The notes under the pieces were generated by a model. That model searched no databases, was not told where the DNA came from, and worked only from the letters and a program-made list of their open reading frames with translations. Made by a program: the position numbers and the translations under genes. Source: an uncultured cyanobacterium (GTDB lineage Bacteria > Cyanobacteriota > Cyanobacteriia > Cyanobacteriales > CAWCAG01). Taken from it: a stretch of DNA of 64,000 nt. This document shows, piece after piece, positions 21,623 to 31,570 of the stretch. The stretch lies in the NCBI GenBank assembly GCA_963793425.1, contig CAWCAG010000007.1:384001-448000 (forward strand), written 5' to 3'. Position 1 is the stretch's first letter. Each line of letters starts with the position of its first letter.

Positions 21623-22820
21623 TTTTAATTAATCTGTGGGTAGAGTTAGTTTTATTGGGGGATTGACCCCCCAAACCCCCCAGCAGGGAAACAACTGTTT
21701 CCCTACAACCCTTCGTAACCGCTTCGCTCTTCGTGGTTATGTTTGGCTGGCTAATTTTGGGTTGTTGATCCTTGTTTTAATTAATCTGTGGGTAGAGTTA
21801 GTTTTATTGGGGGATTGACCCCCCAAACCCCCCAGCAGGGAAACAACTGTTTCCCTACAACCCTTCGTAACCGCTTCGCTCTTCGTGGTTATGTTTGGCT
21901 GGCTAATTTTGGGTTGTTAATCCTTGTTTTAATTAATCTGTGGGTAGAGTTAGTTTTATTGGGGGATTGACCCCCCAAACCCCCCAGCAGGGAAACAACT
22001 GTTTCCCTACAACCCTTCGTAACCGCTTCGCTCTTCGTGGTTATGTTTGGCTGGCTAATTTTGGGTTGTTAATCCTTGTTTTAATTAATCTGTGGGTAGA
22101 GTTAGTTTTATTGGGGGATTGACCCCCCAAACCCCCCAGCAGGGAAACAACTGTTTCCCTACAACCCTTCGTAACCGCTTCGCTCTTCGTGGTTATGTTT
22201 GGCTGGCTAATTTTGGGTTGTTAATCCTTGTTTTAATTAATCTGTGGGTAGAGTTAGTTTTATTGGGGGATTGACCCCCCAAACCCCCCAGCAGGGAAAC
22301 AACTGTTTCCCTACAACCCTTCGTAACCGCTTCGCTCTTCGTGGTTATGTTTGGCTGGCTAATTTTGGGTTGTTAATCCTTGTTTTAATTAATCTGTGGG
22401 TAGAGTTAGTTTTATTGGGGGATTGACCCCCCAAACCCCCCAGCAGGGAAACAACTGTTTCCCTACAACCCTTCGTAACCGCTTCGCTCTTGGTTGGTTA
22501 TGTTTGGCTGGCTAATTTTGGGTTGTTAATCCTTGTTTTAATTAATCTGTGGGTAGAGTTAGTTTTATTGGGGGATTGACCCCCCAAACCCCCCAGCAGG
22601 GAAACAACTGTTTCCCTACAACCCTTCGTAACCGCTTCGCTCTTGGTTGGTTATGTTTGGCTGGCTAATTTTGGGTTGTTAATCCTTGTTTTAATTAATC
22701 TGTGGGTAGCAATTAGTTTTATTGGGGGATTGACCCCCCAAACCCCCCAGCAAGGAAACAACTGTTTCCCTACAACCCTTCGTAACCGCTTCGCTCTTGG
22801 TTGGTTATGTTTGGCTGGCT
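21623..22820. repeat. Tandem array of about 7.9 copies of a 152-153-bp hairpin-rich unit
   Basis: Near-identical units recur at 152-bp period (identical 60-codon ORFs at 21636, 21788, 21940, 22092, 22244). Copies 6-8 carry a 1-bp-longer variant. There are no unique spacers. Confidence 0.97.
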
Positions 22821-22954
22821 GATTCCAGGTTGCTCTGTTGTTGGAAGTAGACAGCAGTAGTAGAGCGTAGGGAGTATGGGGAGTAGGGTTTGAGAACTTT
22901 ATTCCTAGATTCTATAAGGGTACTAAAGTACCCGGGTTTGGCATCGTATTAGGG

Positions 22955-25096
22955 TTATTGTTTTTTAACAATGGGGCCGAAATCAGCTAGGATTCTGGCG
23001 TGATTGCGTAATAAGCATAAGAGGTTGAGGCGGTTTTCTTTTACCTTTTCGTCTTCTGCCATCACTAAGACGCTATCTTCGCCATCAAAAAAGCTGCTTA
23101 CAGTGGGAGTAATTTTCGCTAATTCATCTACTAATAGTTGATAATTGCGCTGTTGTTGAGAAGCTTGGGTTTTGGGTACTAGTTGTACTAAAGCATTATA
23201 AAAGTTTTGCTCAGAATTCTTTTCAAATAATTCAACATTTACTACTTCTGAGGGTTGCAATTGTTGAGTGTTTAGTTTTCCTTTAAACGCTAAACGAGTT
23301 GAACGGTTGACTGTTTCATAAATTATATCTAGAGTTTTGTTGTTGCGAATTTCCTGGAGAAATAAGGCGCGATCGCGAACATCTAATAAATCTTTTAAAG
23401 CTCGATTTTTATATTCTGGATCGTTTTCTCCTAAGATAGCATTAACTAAGTCATAATTAATATTTAAGTCGTTTTGTAACAGGGTTTGAATACGTTGAAT
23501 AAAAAACTCTTGTAGGGATTCTAAAGGAGATTCAGATTCAGTAAAGGTAGCGACAAATTTATCAGAAAACTGCTTTAATAAAGCGGCTAAATCAATAGTT
23601 AAATTAGCACTCCAAATAATATTAATTATGGCATTAGCAGCCCGCCGCAAAGCGAAAGGATCTGTTGAACCTGTGGGTATCATCCCTAAACCAAAGATAC
23701 TTACCAAACTATCTAAACGGTCGGCAATACCAACTACTTGCCCGGTTAAGGATTGGGGTAATTTATCATCGGCCCCTCGTGGTAAATAATGCTCAGAAAT
23801 TCCTTGGGCTACAACTTCTTTTTCGCCACTAACTAAAGCATATTTTTCTCCCATAATTCCTTCAAGTTCAGGAAGTTCATAAACCATTTGCGTCATAAGA
23901 TCCCCTTTAGCTAAAAAGGCGGTACGTTGAATATCTTCAACATCGGTTGGGCTAAGGTTTAGTTGAGTTGCGATCGCAGCAGCAATAGCTTGAAAACGTT
24001 CTACTTTTTCTTTTACCGTACCTAACTTTTCTTGAAAAGTCATGGTTTCTAGTTGAGGTACATAATCAGCTAAAGGTTTGGCTAAATCTGCTTGATAGAA
24101 AAACTGGGCATCCGCTAATCTAGCCCGAATCACTCGACCATTTCCTGCTGCAATAATTTTTGCTTTCGCGGGGTCGCCATTAGAAATAGTAATAAAGTTA
24201 GGTAATAAGTTTTTGTTGCTATCCTGAACAGGAAAATAACGCTGATGAGTTACCATAACTGTGGTGATAACTTCAGCGGGCAATTCGAGAAATTCTGCTT
24301 CAAAATCTCCAACCACCGCAGTAGGATATTCGACTAAGTTAGTTACTTCTGCTAATAACTCAGGATAAATTTCGGCACTACCAGAAATATCTTTGGCTAC
24401 CTTGTTAATATCTTCTTCAATAAACTTTTTACGTTCAACTTGGTCAACTTGAATAAAAGCCGATTTTAAGGATTCTAAATAAACTTTTGCTTGGGGAATA
24501 GTAGTAAATTCAGGATGCAAAACTCGATGTCCGGGCGAGATGCGATCGCTGGTTAAAGTTGTTTCACCGTTGACTAATTCTAGGGGTAAAACTTCTGTGT
24601 CCAATAGGGCAACCAACCAGCGAATGGGGCGAGGAAAACGCAAGTCTCCATTTCCCCAACGCATAAACCGCTTGCCTTCTAAACCATTAATCCAATTAGG
24701 AATTAAATCAGGCAAAATTTCTGTGGTTAACTGCCCAGGAATCTGCTTTTGGACAAAAACAAATTCTCCTTTTTCCGTGGGACGAATTGATAAGCTATCT
24801 AAATCAACTCCCTGTTTCTTGGCAAAACCGGCTGCTGCTTTAGTGGGCTTCCCTTCCTTAAAGGCTACCTGTGCCGGAGGCCCTTTAATTTCTTCTTCTC
24901 TATCTGGTTGCTTTTCCGGCAAGCCTTCAATGACCACCGCCAGCCGACGAGGAGTGCCATATACTTCTATACTTTCAGGAGTTAAGAAGGCATCTTGCAA
25001 ACTTTTCGGTAGGGAATTTTGCCATTGTTGAATGGCGCTATCAACAAAATCTGCGGGTAATTCTTCTGTACCGACTTCTAAAACAAAGGTTGGCAT
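22955..25096 (-). CDS. glyS: Glycine-tRNA ligase beta subunit
   Basis: [40 protein letters not shown] and a C-terminal DALR domain (ENRLNLL). Confidence 0.97.
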   Translation of the reverse strand: MPTFVLEVGTEELPADFVDSAIQQWQNSLPKSLQDAFLTPESIEVYGTPRRLAVVIEGLPEKQPDREEEIKGPPAQVAFKEGKPTKAAAGFAKKQGVDLDSLSIRPTEKGEFVFVQKQIPGQLTTEILPDLIPNWINGLEGKRFMRWGNGDLRFPRPIRWLVALLDTEVLPLELVNGETTLTSDRISPGHRVLHPEFTTIPQAKVYLESLKSAFIQVDQVERKKFIEEDINKVAKDISGSAEIYPELLAEVTNLVEYPTAVVGDFEAEFLELPAEVITTVMVTHQRYFPVQDSNKNLLPNFITISNGDPAKAKIIAAGNGRVIRARLADAQFFYQADLAKPLADYVPQLETMTFQEKLGTVKEKVERFQAIAAAIATQLNLSPTDVEDIQRTAFLAKGDLMTQMVYELPELEGIMGEKYALVSGEKEVVAQGISEHYLPRGADDKLPQSLTGQVVGIADRLDSLVSIFGLGMIPTGSTDPFALRRAANAIINIIWSANLTIDLAALLKQFSDKFVATFTESESPLESLQEFFIQRIQTLLQNDLNINYDLVNAILGENDPEYKNRALKDLLDVRDRALFLQEIRNNKTLDIIYETVNRSTRLAFKGKLNTQQLQPSEVVNVELFEKNSEQNFYNALVQLVPKTQASQQQRNYQLLVDELAKITPTVSSFFDGEDSVLVMAEDEKVKENRLNLLCLLRNHARILADFGPIVKKQ

Positions 25097-25271
25097 AAAT
25101 ATTTGTTATTTATTATGAAACATTTATTATTTTAGCTTCCGGCAAGGGCAAATAGGTAATAGGTAATAGGCAATCGTGACAAGTTAAGCCAAAACGCAAT
25201 CTGTTAAGGTCTTTAGCAGGGGTAAGGGAGAGAGGGCGAGGAGAGGTTTTTGTTGTTTCTTATCTGTAGTT

Positions 25272-25400
25272 CGTAGGGTGTCGTTAGCTGCAAGCGTAAC
25301 GCACCATCTTGAAGTGAAAAAGCTAAGACGGTGCGTTAAGCGCTGAATCAAGATTGTGGTAGACTTGCCATGATTTTTCGCAGCGCCAACACACCCTACG
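25272..25400. repeat. Inverted pair of GTAG-type REP-like palindromes (BIME-like)
   Basis: CGTAGGGTGTCGTTA...TAACGCACC (25272-25305) and an inverse GGTGCGTTA...CAACACACCCTACG (25330-25400). Confidence 0.6.
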
Positions 25401-25491
25401 TTGTTGAATCTAACCACAGGGGTTTGAGCATTTTATTCTCTCCGTTTTTAAAAAGACTTCTATTAACCGGATTTGGTATTACTTATTGCTT

Positions 25492-25524
25492 AAAAAAAGA
25501 AGCCCCGCTTAGTAGCAGGGCTTT
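25492..25524 (-). terminator. Rho-independent terminator of the porin gene
   Basis: Minus strand AAGCCCTGCT-acta-AGCGGGGCTT followed by a T-run. Confidence 0.8.
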
Positions 25525-25557
25525 ATTCAACTAACAGAAATGAAAGATTTCAGTTGC

Positions 25558-27309
25558 TTAGAATGTGAAGGTAGTTCTTAAAGTACCGATCCAAGCGTCA
25601 TCTGCTTCGCTATTTTGATTAGGATTGGTGATCCAAATTACCCCAGGAGTAACAGAGATGTTGTCGTTAACTTGGTACTTGTAGAATGCTTCAACAGTGT
25701 AAGGAACATCATCTAGTGCAACACCTCCGTCCATAGCAACAGCACCAGTTGGATCTAAGATGCTATAAGGTTGTGCGCCACCGAAGATACCTAAAATACT
25801 CCCTTCTTTACCTAAGTCATTGAAAGCAACACCAGCACCGTAACTCCAGCTTTCTGTATCTCCCTGTTGGAGAGAAATAACGTCTGTGTAAACACCAAAG
25901 CCACTGATAGAGATTTTCTCAGTTAGGCGGAAAGCAGCTTCAAGCCCGTAGGAGTTAGTTACAGCAGCACTTACTGGGGAGGTAATATGGGGAAGATTCG
26001 CGGGGCCAGTACCAACAACACCACTAGCACCAACTCCGCCAAGATTGTAAATTGCACTACCATTGTTATGGAAACCGTGTACATAGGTAGCACCAAGACC
26101 AATGCGATCACCTAAGTTAAAGTTAATCTGTCCTAATGCTGCATAGTCACCCTCGAATAAGCCTTCTCCAGCAGAAGGATCTGAGGCATTACCAGCTAGG
26201 TAGCCGAAAGTAACAGTACTTGGTCCTAAGACACTTTCTAAAAGACCAACACCGAGGCTAACAGCAGCACCGCTACCACCGCCAATACGATAAATCGGGT
26301 TCTCAGAGGCGAAAGCAGTTAAAGCACCATTACCACCGTCGTAGTCTTCAAAGTAAGGGTTCAAGGTGGGAGCAATATCACTCCAAATACCACCAAAAGC
26401 AGCCACATAAACTTGAGAAGCGCCAAATGGGAAGTAGTAAGCCAACCAGTCTACTGATACGTTGTTCCCACCGCCTCCACCGATATCGAAAGTTTGGGTG
26501 GCTTCAGCACTATTAGTACCAGTATTAAATGCAGTAGAGTTACCGAAAGCAAGACGGGTAATTAAGCTATCTTCTCCGGTAAAGCTGGTATCTAAGGTTA
26601 AACGACCCCTATCTACGAAAACTGTGTTGTTTTCAGTGGCAGTACCAAACTCATCGGTAACAGCAAAGATAACTTCACCGCGTAACTTGGTAGTGGTAGA
26701 GAATTGATGGTCTTCTACGAAAGCAACACGACCTTCGAGATCGTCAACCCTTGCACCTAATACAGCAAGTTCAGCTTCAAATTCTTGTACCAAGCGGCGT
26801 AGAGTGGCTAAACCTTCAGCGTCTACACTACCGATATTCTCTTCTACCCATTCCATACAACGGCTAACTGCTGCTGCGAATTCGTAGCGGGTAATATTTC
26901 TTTGTCCTTTGAAAGTTCCGTCGGGATAGCCAACAATACAACCGTACTTGTCAACCATTTTTTGTACAGCACTGAACCAGAAAGGATCGATATCAGAAAG
27001 CTGATTAACGCTGGTTACTTGGTCGAGAGCATTGCTGTCGCCGCTGTATTCGTTGATTTGGTTGATAATTTCGCTGTTGTCAGCTTGGGCAACAGGAGTT
27101 TCTTCAGGAACTGCAAAATTTAGTTCAGGGGCTGCTTCTGTTGTCGCAGAAGCTTCTAACTCAGAAGACTCTTCTACAGAGACTTCAGCGACCGTATCAT
27201 CCAATTGATTCACAGGAACTTGGTTTCCTGCGGCGTTAGCAGAAGAAGCTAAGACAACGCCTAAGATGGCTGGGCTAACCAGCAATGATTTCCAGAGTAA
27301 TTTAGACAT
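25558..27309 (-). CDS. Cyanobacterial SLH-domain/OprB-type outer-membrane porin (SomA/B-like)
   Basis: Start MSKLLWKSLL at 27309; QVTSVNQLSD; SLH domain YGCIVGYPDGTF...ITRYEFAA; FSTTTKLRGE; C-terminal LRTTFTF. Confidence 0.95.
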   Translation of the reverse strand: MSKLLWKSLLVSPAILGVVLASSANAAGNQVPVNQLDDTVAEVSVEESSELEASATTEAAPELNFAVPEETPVAQADNSEIINQINEYSGDSNALDQVTSVNQLSDIDPFWFSAVQKMVDKYGCIVGYPDGTFKGQRNITRYEFAAAVSRCMEWVEENIGSVDAEGLATLRRLVQEFEAELAVLGARVDDLEGRVAFVEDHQFSTTTKLRGEVIFAVTDEFGTATENNTVFVDRGRLTLDTSFTGEDSLITRLAFGNSTAFNTGTNSAEATQTFDIGGGGGNNVSVDWLAYYFPFGASQVYVAAFGGIWSDIAPTLNPYFEDYDGGNGALTAFASENPIYRIGGGSGAAVSLGVGLLESVLGPSTVTFGYLAGNASDPSAGEGLFEGDYAALGQINFNLGDRIGLGATYVHGFHNNGSAIYNLGGVGASGVVGTGPANLPHITSPVSAAVTNSYGLEAAFRLTEKISISGFGVYTDVISLQQGDTESWSYGAGVAFNDLGKEGSILGIFGGAQPYSILDPTGAVAMDGGVALDDVPYTVEAFYKYQVNDNISVTPGVIWITNPNQNSEADDAWIGTLRTTFTF

Positions 27310-27319
27310 AGTTAATTTT

Positions 27320-27328
27320 TCCTCACAC
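27320..27328 (-). promoter_or_regulatory. Putative Yfr1 sRNA target site overlapping the porin RBS
   Basis: The mRNA reads GUGUGAGGA just upstream of the ATG, complementary to 9 nt of the Yfr1 motif ACUCCUCACAC. Confidence 0.6.
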
Positions 27329-27716
27329 CTCTTGACTTGTAGAGTTACATCCTCACTCTTAAACATATGATACACCGCTAATGCTAAACAAGTAACTCAA
27401 GTAGTTTATGCTAGGTTTTTTAGTTTGGTGTATAAACCAGCCCTAGATTTTCCTAGACAGCCTCTGTGCTTATGGGGTTCCCATGGTTCTAAAAAAGTTT
27501 TTTAGAAGGGAGCCGCCAATTTTAAGCTAAAGCTAAGTATACTCATATCACAAGTTTAGTATGCACTGCCAAAAGTTAGAGTTCCCTTTTTTTTGAAGAT
27601 GGGGGGATGGGGAGATGGGGAGATGGGGAAGTAAATTGAAACTTATCTTTACCAAAATGGTTGATGATGGGGTCAATAATAAATTGATTAAGGTCTTGAA
27701 GAAAAGAACGCAAACT

Positions 27717-28016
27717 ATGGAGCAAGAAAGCAAAACCAGAGATCAAAAACATCCCCAAGAAAGTCGCGATCGCTTTATTGTTAATCGCTTATTGAACGGG
27801 GAAGCTAATGATTACTATTTAACCGAATTAGCTAGATTGTCCATCCGCTATAAGAATTTTCCCGGTGCTAGGGATATTCAAAGCGATTTAACCAAGGTAT
27901 TACAAAACTGGCAACTAACGGAAGAAGAACTTTTCGCTAAAACCCGCGAAATTCACGCTCTTGGTAAAGTGTACCAAAAAGGTCACTCAGAAGAAGATAG
28001 AGAAGATTGGAGTTGA
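27717..28016 (+). CDS. DUF3288-family protein
   Basis: DQKHPQ...LTELARLSIRYKNFPGARDIQ...WQLTEEELFAKTREIH...EDWS. Confidence 0.8.
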   Translation: MEQESKTRDQKHPQESRDRFIVNRLLNGEANDYYLTELARLSIRYKNFPGARDIQSDLTKVLQNWQLTEEELFAKTREIHALGKVYQKGHSEEDREDWS

Positions 28017-28117
28017 TATTAGTGGCTAGTGGCTAGTGGCTAGTGGCTAATAGTCTCTCCCCTACTCCCCGCTCCCCACAGATAAGTTATGCCACTCAGC
28101 AGGTTTTGTTGTTAATC

Positions 28118-28193
28118 AAAAAAAGAGACATCCCCACAGAATGTCTCTTGTTATTCAGCACATAGATTAGACAGGAAACTCGAAAAATTTAAA
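28118..28193 (-). ncRNA. Candidate small regulatory RNA (possibly PsrR1-like)
   Basis: Orphan minus-strand terminator (AAGAGACAT stem plus T7, 28118-28149), an extended -10 TGaTAGTAT at 28208-28200, and no ORF between them. Confidence 0.4.
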
Positions 28194-28380
28194 GTTTGTA
28201 TACTATCAATGTATTAAAATTAGATGTTGCAAATTCCCCTGATGACTTGGGAGTTAAACAAAACTTTAAGCAGTCAACTTAAAGCTTTTACGCTTGTCTC
28301 ACAGTTACTATTATGTTGTTTTATCCTTTGGTTAACTGTGAGAATAGTCTTGATATAAAGTGATTTTTAGGAGAAATGTT

Positions 28381-28396
28381 TGTGACCTTAATCACA
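28381..28396. promoter_or_regulatory. Perfect CRP-type binding box
   Basis: TGTGA-CCTTAA-TCACA equals TGTGA-N6-TCACA. Confidence 0.55.
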
Positions 28397-28475
28397 ATAT
28401 TTTGCTAGTATTTTTCTGACAGTTACTACTAACTGAAATTACTTAGCCAAATCCCAGGAAAACTTTATTTTTTAT

Positions 28476-29441
28476 CTATAAATTTCTCAGAACAGCTAAT
28501 ACCCTGAAATAATCTTCCATCTGACTTTGAGCCAAAAAGAGTCTTGCTGCTTGGCGCAAATCTTCATTAGCCTGAGAAAAGTTGCCTATTTCCCGGTGTA
28601 ATAGCCCTCTGTTGCCGTAAGCGATGGCTAAGTTGGGGTTGAGTTTGATAGCTTCGGTATAATCTTGGATAGCAGCGAAATACTCTCCTTGACTATCTAA
28701 GGCAATCCCTCGATTGTAATAGGTAAGAGCATCTTTTGGATCAAGAGCAAGAGCCATTTCATAATCAACAATCGCCTCATCATAAGCTCCCATTTGCCGC
28801 AAGACAATACCTCGATGGCGATAAATTTCTGCTGATTGAGGATTAAGCTTTTGTAATTGGTTGAAGTCTTCTAAGGCAAGTTGGTTATTGCCTAATTGAC
28901 TATACAGTAAGCCTCGGTTTAAATAAGCTTGAACATATCCAGGTTGCAAAGAAATAGCGATAGTATAGTCTGCGATCGCCCCAGAAAAATCGGCTAACTT
29001 TTCTTTGGTTTCGCCACGATAATTATAAGCAGAAGGGTTTTCTGCTTCAAGTTCTAAGCCGCGATCATAATCTGAAAGGGCTTGCTGATAACTTTGCAAC
29101 TCTGCATAAACCAAACCCCGATTAACATAAAAGTCTGCTTGATTGCTGTCGAGTTGAATTGATTGGTTAAAATCAGTGAAAGCCCCTCCACTATCTCCCA
29201 ATTTATATCTTGCCAAACCTCGGTTATAGTAAGCTGTGGCTAATTGCGGAGATAAATTAATCACATTACTAAAATCTGCGATCGCCCCTCCATAATCTCC
29301 CTCAGCATATTTTTCTTGCCCTCTTTCTAGGAGGTTGAGAGTATTTCTACTAACAATATTTGCTGTTGTTTGCGCTTCAACTAGAGGCGAATGTAACCCC
29401 AGTAAAGCAATAGTTACACCCAAATAAATAATTGGCTTCAT
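28476..29441 (-). CDS. Secreted tetratricopeptide-repeat protein
   Basis: Signal peptide ending VEA-Q and about 8 TPRs with the AYYNRG...GAIADF pattern. Confidence 0.92.
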   Translation of the reverse strand: MKPIIYLGVTIALLGLHSPLVEAQTTANIVSRNTLNLLERGQEKYAEGDYGGAIADFSNVINLSPQLATAYYNRGLARYKLGDSGGAFTDFNQSIQLDSNQADFYVNRGLVYAELQSYQQALSDYDRGLELEAENPSAYNYRGETKEKLADFSGAIADYTIAISLQPGYVQAYLNRGLLYSQLGNNQLALEDFNQLQKLNPQSAEIYRHRGIVLRQMGAYDEAIVDYEMALALDPKDALTYYNRGIALDSQGEYFAAIQDYTEAIKLNPNLAIAYGNRGLLHREIGNFSQANEDLRQAARLFLAQSQMEDYFRVLAVLRNL

Positions 29442-29525
29442 AAAATAGATTGCAGCTTAAAGGTTTGAGTTTATTGTTCCCAAAACAGCGTCGGCTTTTG
29501 ATATTTATCCGGATAGAATATTATC

Positions 29526-30210
29526 TCAAAAGATTTTTTTAATAATTAAATATTGAAAATTGATATTTTTTCTAAAAGATAGCTTCTCTTCCCTACTAAA
29601 AATTATCCTTTTCAAAGAAGGTAGGTAATTAATAAATTCTTCGGGAAAGCGTAATGATATCGAACCATAATCATATTCAACAACAGGCATTTTATTAAGA
29701 TGATTTTTTATACAACTCAAAAGTCTAGTAATAGAACTATATCTAGTTTGATCTGCTATAACAATTATGCTGTCAGTTGGCATATAGTTAAAAATGTATC
29801 CTAGATTAGCCGGCACATAGTTAGGACTTCTTGATAACTCATTTAAACAATTTTGAAATACGAATATGTCGCTCTTCCTAATCGCACCTTCAATTAACCC
29901 AGAAGCATTTCGAGAACAAAAATCTAATTCTTGATGACTTAAGTTAAATTTGTTAAATTGCCAGTATTCAGGGAGAATATGTCTTTCCGTAATTTCTTGA
30001 CTAAATCTCCAGGTCTTTGAATTCAAATCATAGGTTTCAATTTCTAAGTTAGTAACCTTGGGAAAATTCTTCTTAAGAGTACGTTGCTAAACCAACCGCT
30101 TCTGTAGTTGGGCCGCTACCGAAAAAACAGGCTTTCACTTCTGAATTTTCAAAAGGTAGATAATCTTTTTCCAACTTCTCTAAAACTTGTAGATTCATAT
30201 AAGCATAGTG
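29526..30210 (-). pseudogene. Truncated and frameshifted SAM-dependent methyltransferase-like gene
   Basis: An upstream frame gives HYAYMNLQ...KACFFGSGPTTEAVGL (motif-I-like), then shifts at about 30077 into LKKNFPK...YDLNSKTW...DIFVFQNCLNEL. Very AT-rich. Confidence 0.5.
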
Positions 30211-30252
30211 AGTTAAACAGAATTTGGTATCATTTGATGTTTCTATTAATCA

Positions 30253-30888
30253 TCAATTAATTTTTCTATAGGTTAAGTTAATCCTCCGACTAACTTCTTT
30301 AACGGTTTTAGGAACTTGATGCTGCCAGTCTTCTTGGGTATTTCCTTTCATAACCAACAAGCTACCATGACTTAGCTTGATATCAACTTTGTTTAGCTCT
30401 TTGTTATGTTTGTGTTTAAGAACAAAACGTCGAGTCCCACCAAAACTAACAGAAGCAATAACTGGCATATTTCCTAATTCTGTTTCATCATCACTATGCC
30501 AAGCAACCCCATCTTTACCGTCCCGGTAAAGATTGATTAAAACACTATTAAAACTAGCCTCAGCTAAATTTTCGATGCGAGATTTAATCTTCAACAAACT
30601 ATCTGTCCAAGGAGTAGGATTCATTTGAATTTTGGAGTAGGTATAAGACTTATTTGCATCTCCATACCAAGCCGTTAATCTCGGCAGAGGAATCGATTTA
30701 CCATACATTTTGATAAAATCTTGTCTCCATTGAATCTCTTCGTATAAAGTAGCGAACAAAGAGTCACTTTCTTCTTGACTAAAAAAGTGAGGAATAATCA
30801 AAACATCACCATCAGGTGCAGAAATTACTTGTTCTACTTGCACTTCTGTATTTTTGGGCTTATCAAGAAGGCTTAGTTGTTCATACAT
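30253..30888 (-). CDS. AlkB-family 2OG-Fe(II) dioxygenase (ALKBH2/3-like)
   Basis: PRLTAWYG, NLYRDGKDGVAWHSDDE (HxD), WQHQVPK and RINLTYR. Confidence 0.92.
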   Translation of the reverse strand: MYEQLSLLDKPKNTEVQVEQVISAPDGDVLIIPHFFSQEESDSLFATLYEEIQWRQDFIKMYGKSIPLPRLTAWYGDANKSYTYSKIQMNPTPWTDSLLKIKSRIENLAEASFNSVLINLYRDGKDGVAWHSDDETELGNMPVIASVSFGGTRRFVLKHKHNKELNKVDIKLSHGSLLVMKGNTQEDWQHQVPKTVKEVSRRINLTYRKIN

Positions 30889-30934
30889 GATATTTTTTAA
30901 CTATTATCTTTCTCAACTTATTACTTATTACTTA

Positions 30935-31480
30935 TTACTTATTACTTTTTTGCCACCACCAAATACCTATACCCAAAATCAGAACAACAATTACTCCAGG
31001 AATTAACCATTGAGTAACAGCAACAGGGCTAGATGCTGCTGTTTCAATTTCTCCTGGAGAAGAAGCAATTTCCGTAGGAGAGGGAGAAACAGCTTGTCCC
31101 TTACCTACATTTACAGTGTAGGATAATTGGAAAGGTTGAAAACTACCATCAGACTTAGGTTTTCCTGTTAACCGCAACTCGTATGCCCCAGCTTCAGGAA
31201 AAACTAAATCTGCCCCAGGAATACCTTCATATTGTTCTGCGGTAATTTCTGCTAAGGTTGGCTCCAGAATTAGCTTTTCTCCTTCTGGTGCAGTTTGAGA
31301 ATAAACAGCTAATTGACAATCACATTCTGCCAAGGGAATAATCTTTCCCCCGGCACGAGTAAGGGCAAACCATGCTTTAGTAGGTTCCCCCGCACGAGGA
31401 TTATGATTAGGTTCAATATGAAAGGTTGCCCCAACACCAGCATCAGTTTTAACATTATGGGCGAAAATAGCAGGCATCAA
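30935..31480 (-). CDS. Exported, C-terminally anchored hypothetical protein (possibly metal-binding)
   Basis: IFA-HNVK resembles a signal cleavage site, followed by TFHIEPNHNP, CDC, a beta-rich domain and a C-terminal TM helix. The true start is probably further upstream and disrupted by an indel. Confidence 0.65.
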   Translation of the reverse strand: MMPAIFAHNVKTDAGVGATFHIEPNHNPRAGEPTKAWFALTRAGGKIIPLAECDCQLAVYSQTAPEGEKLILEPTLAEITAEQYEGIPGADLVFPEAGAYELRLTGKPKSDGSFQPFQLSYTVNVGKGQAVSPSPTEIASSPGEIETAASSPVAVTQWLIPGVIVVLILGIGIWWWQKSNK

Positions 31481-31570
31481 ACAGGAGTTAAAAGTTAGAA
31501 ATTAATAGGGATATGCTTTTAAGGGTAATAGTATATTTTCCCTCCTTTTTGCACAACGGTATAACAATCA

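Noticed and set aside
21636..22426. Five identical 60-aa ORFs with a hydrophobic C-terminus (possible small toxin or membrane peptide)
   Set aside because: They are a by-product of the 152-bp period. Each ORF overlaps the next, has a GTG start without a clear RBS, and is frameshifted in copies 6-8.
21623..22820. CRISPR array
   Set aside because: The units are near-identical along their whole length with no unique spacers, and there are no cas genes in the window.
25184..25417. 77-aa minus-strand ORF
   Set aside because: It lies over REP-like palindromes and simple repeats and has no protein-like motifs.
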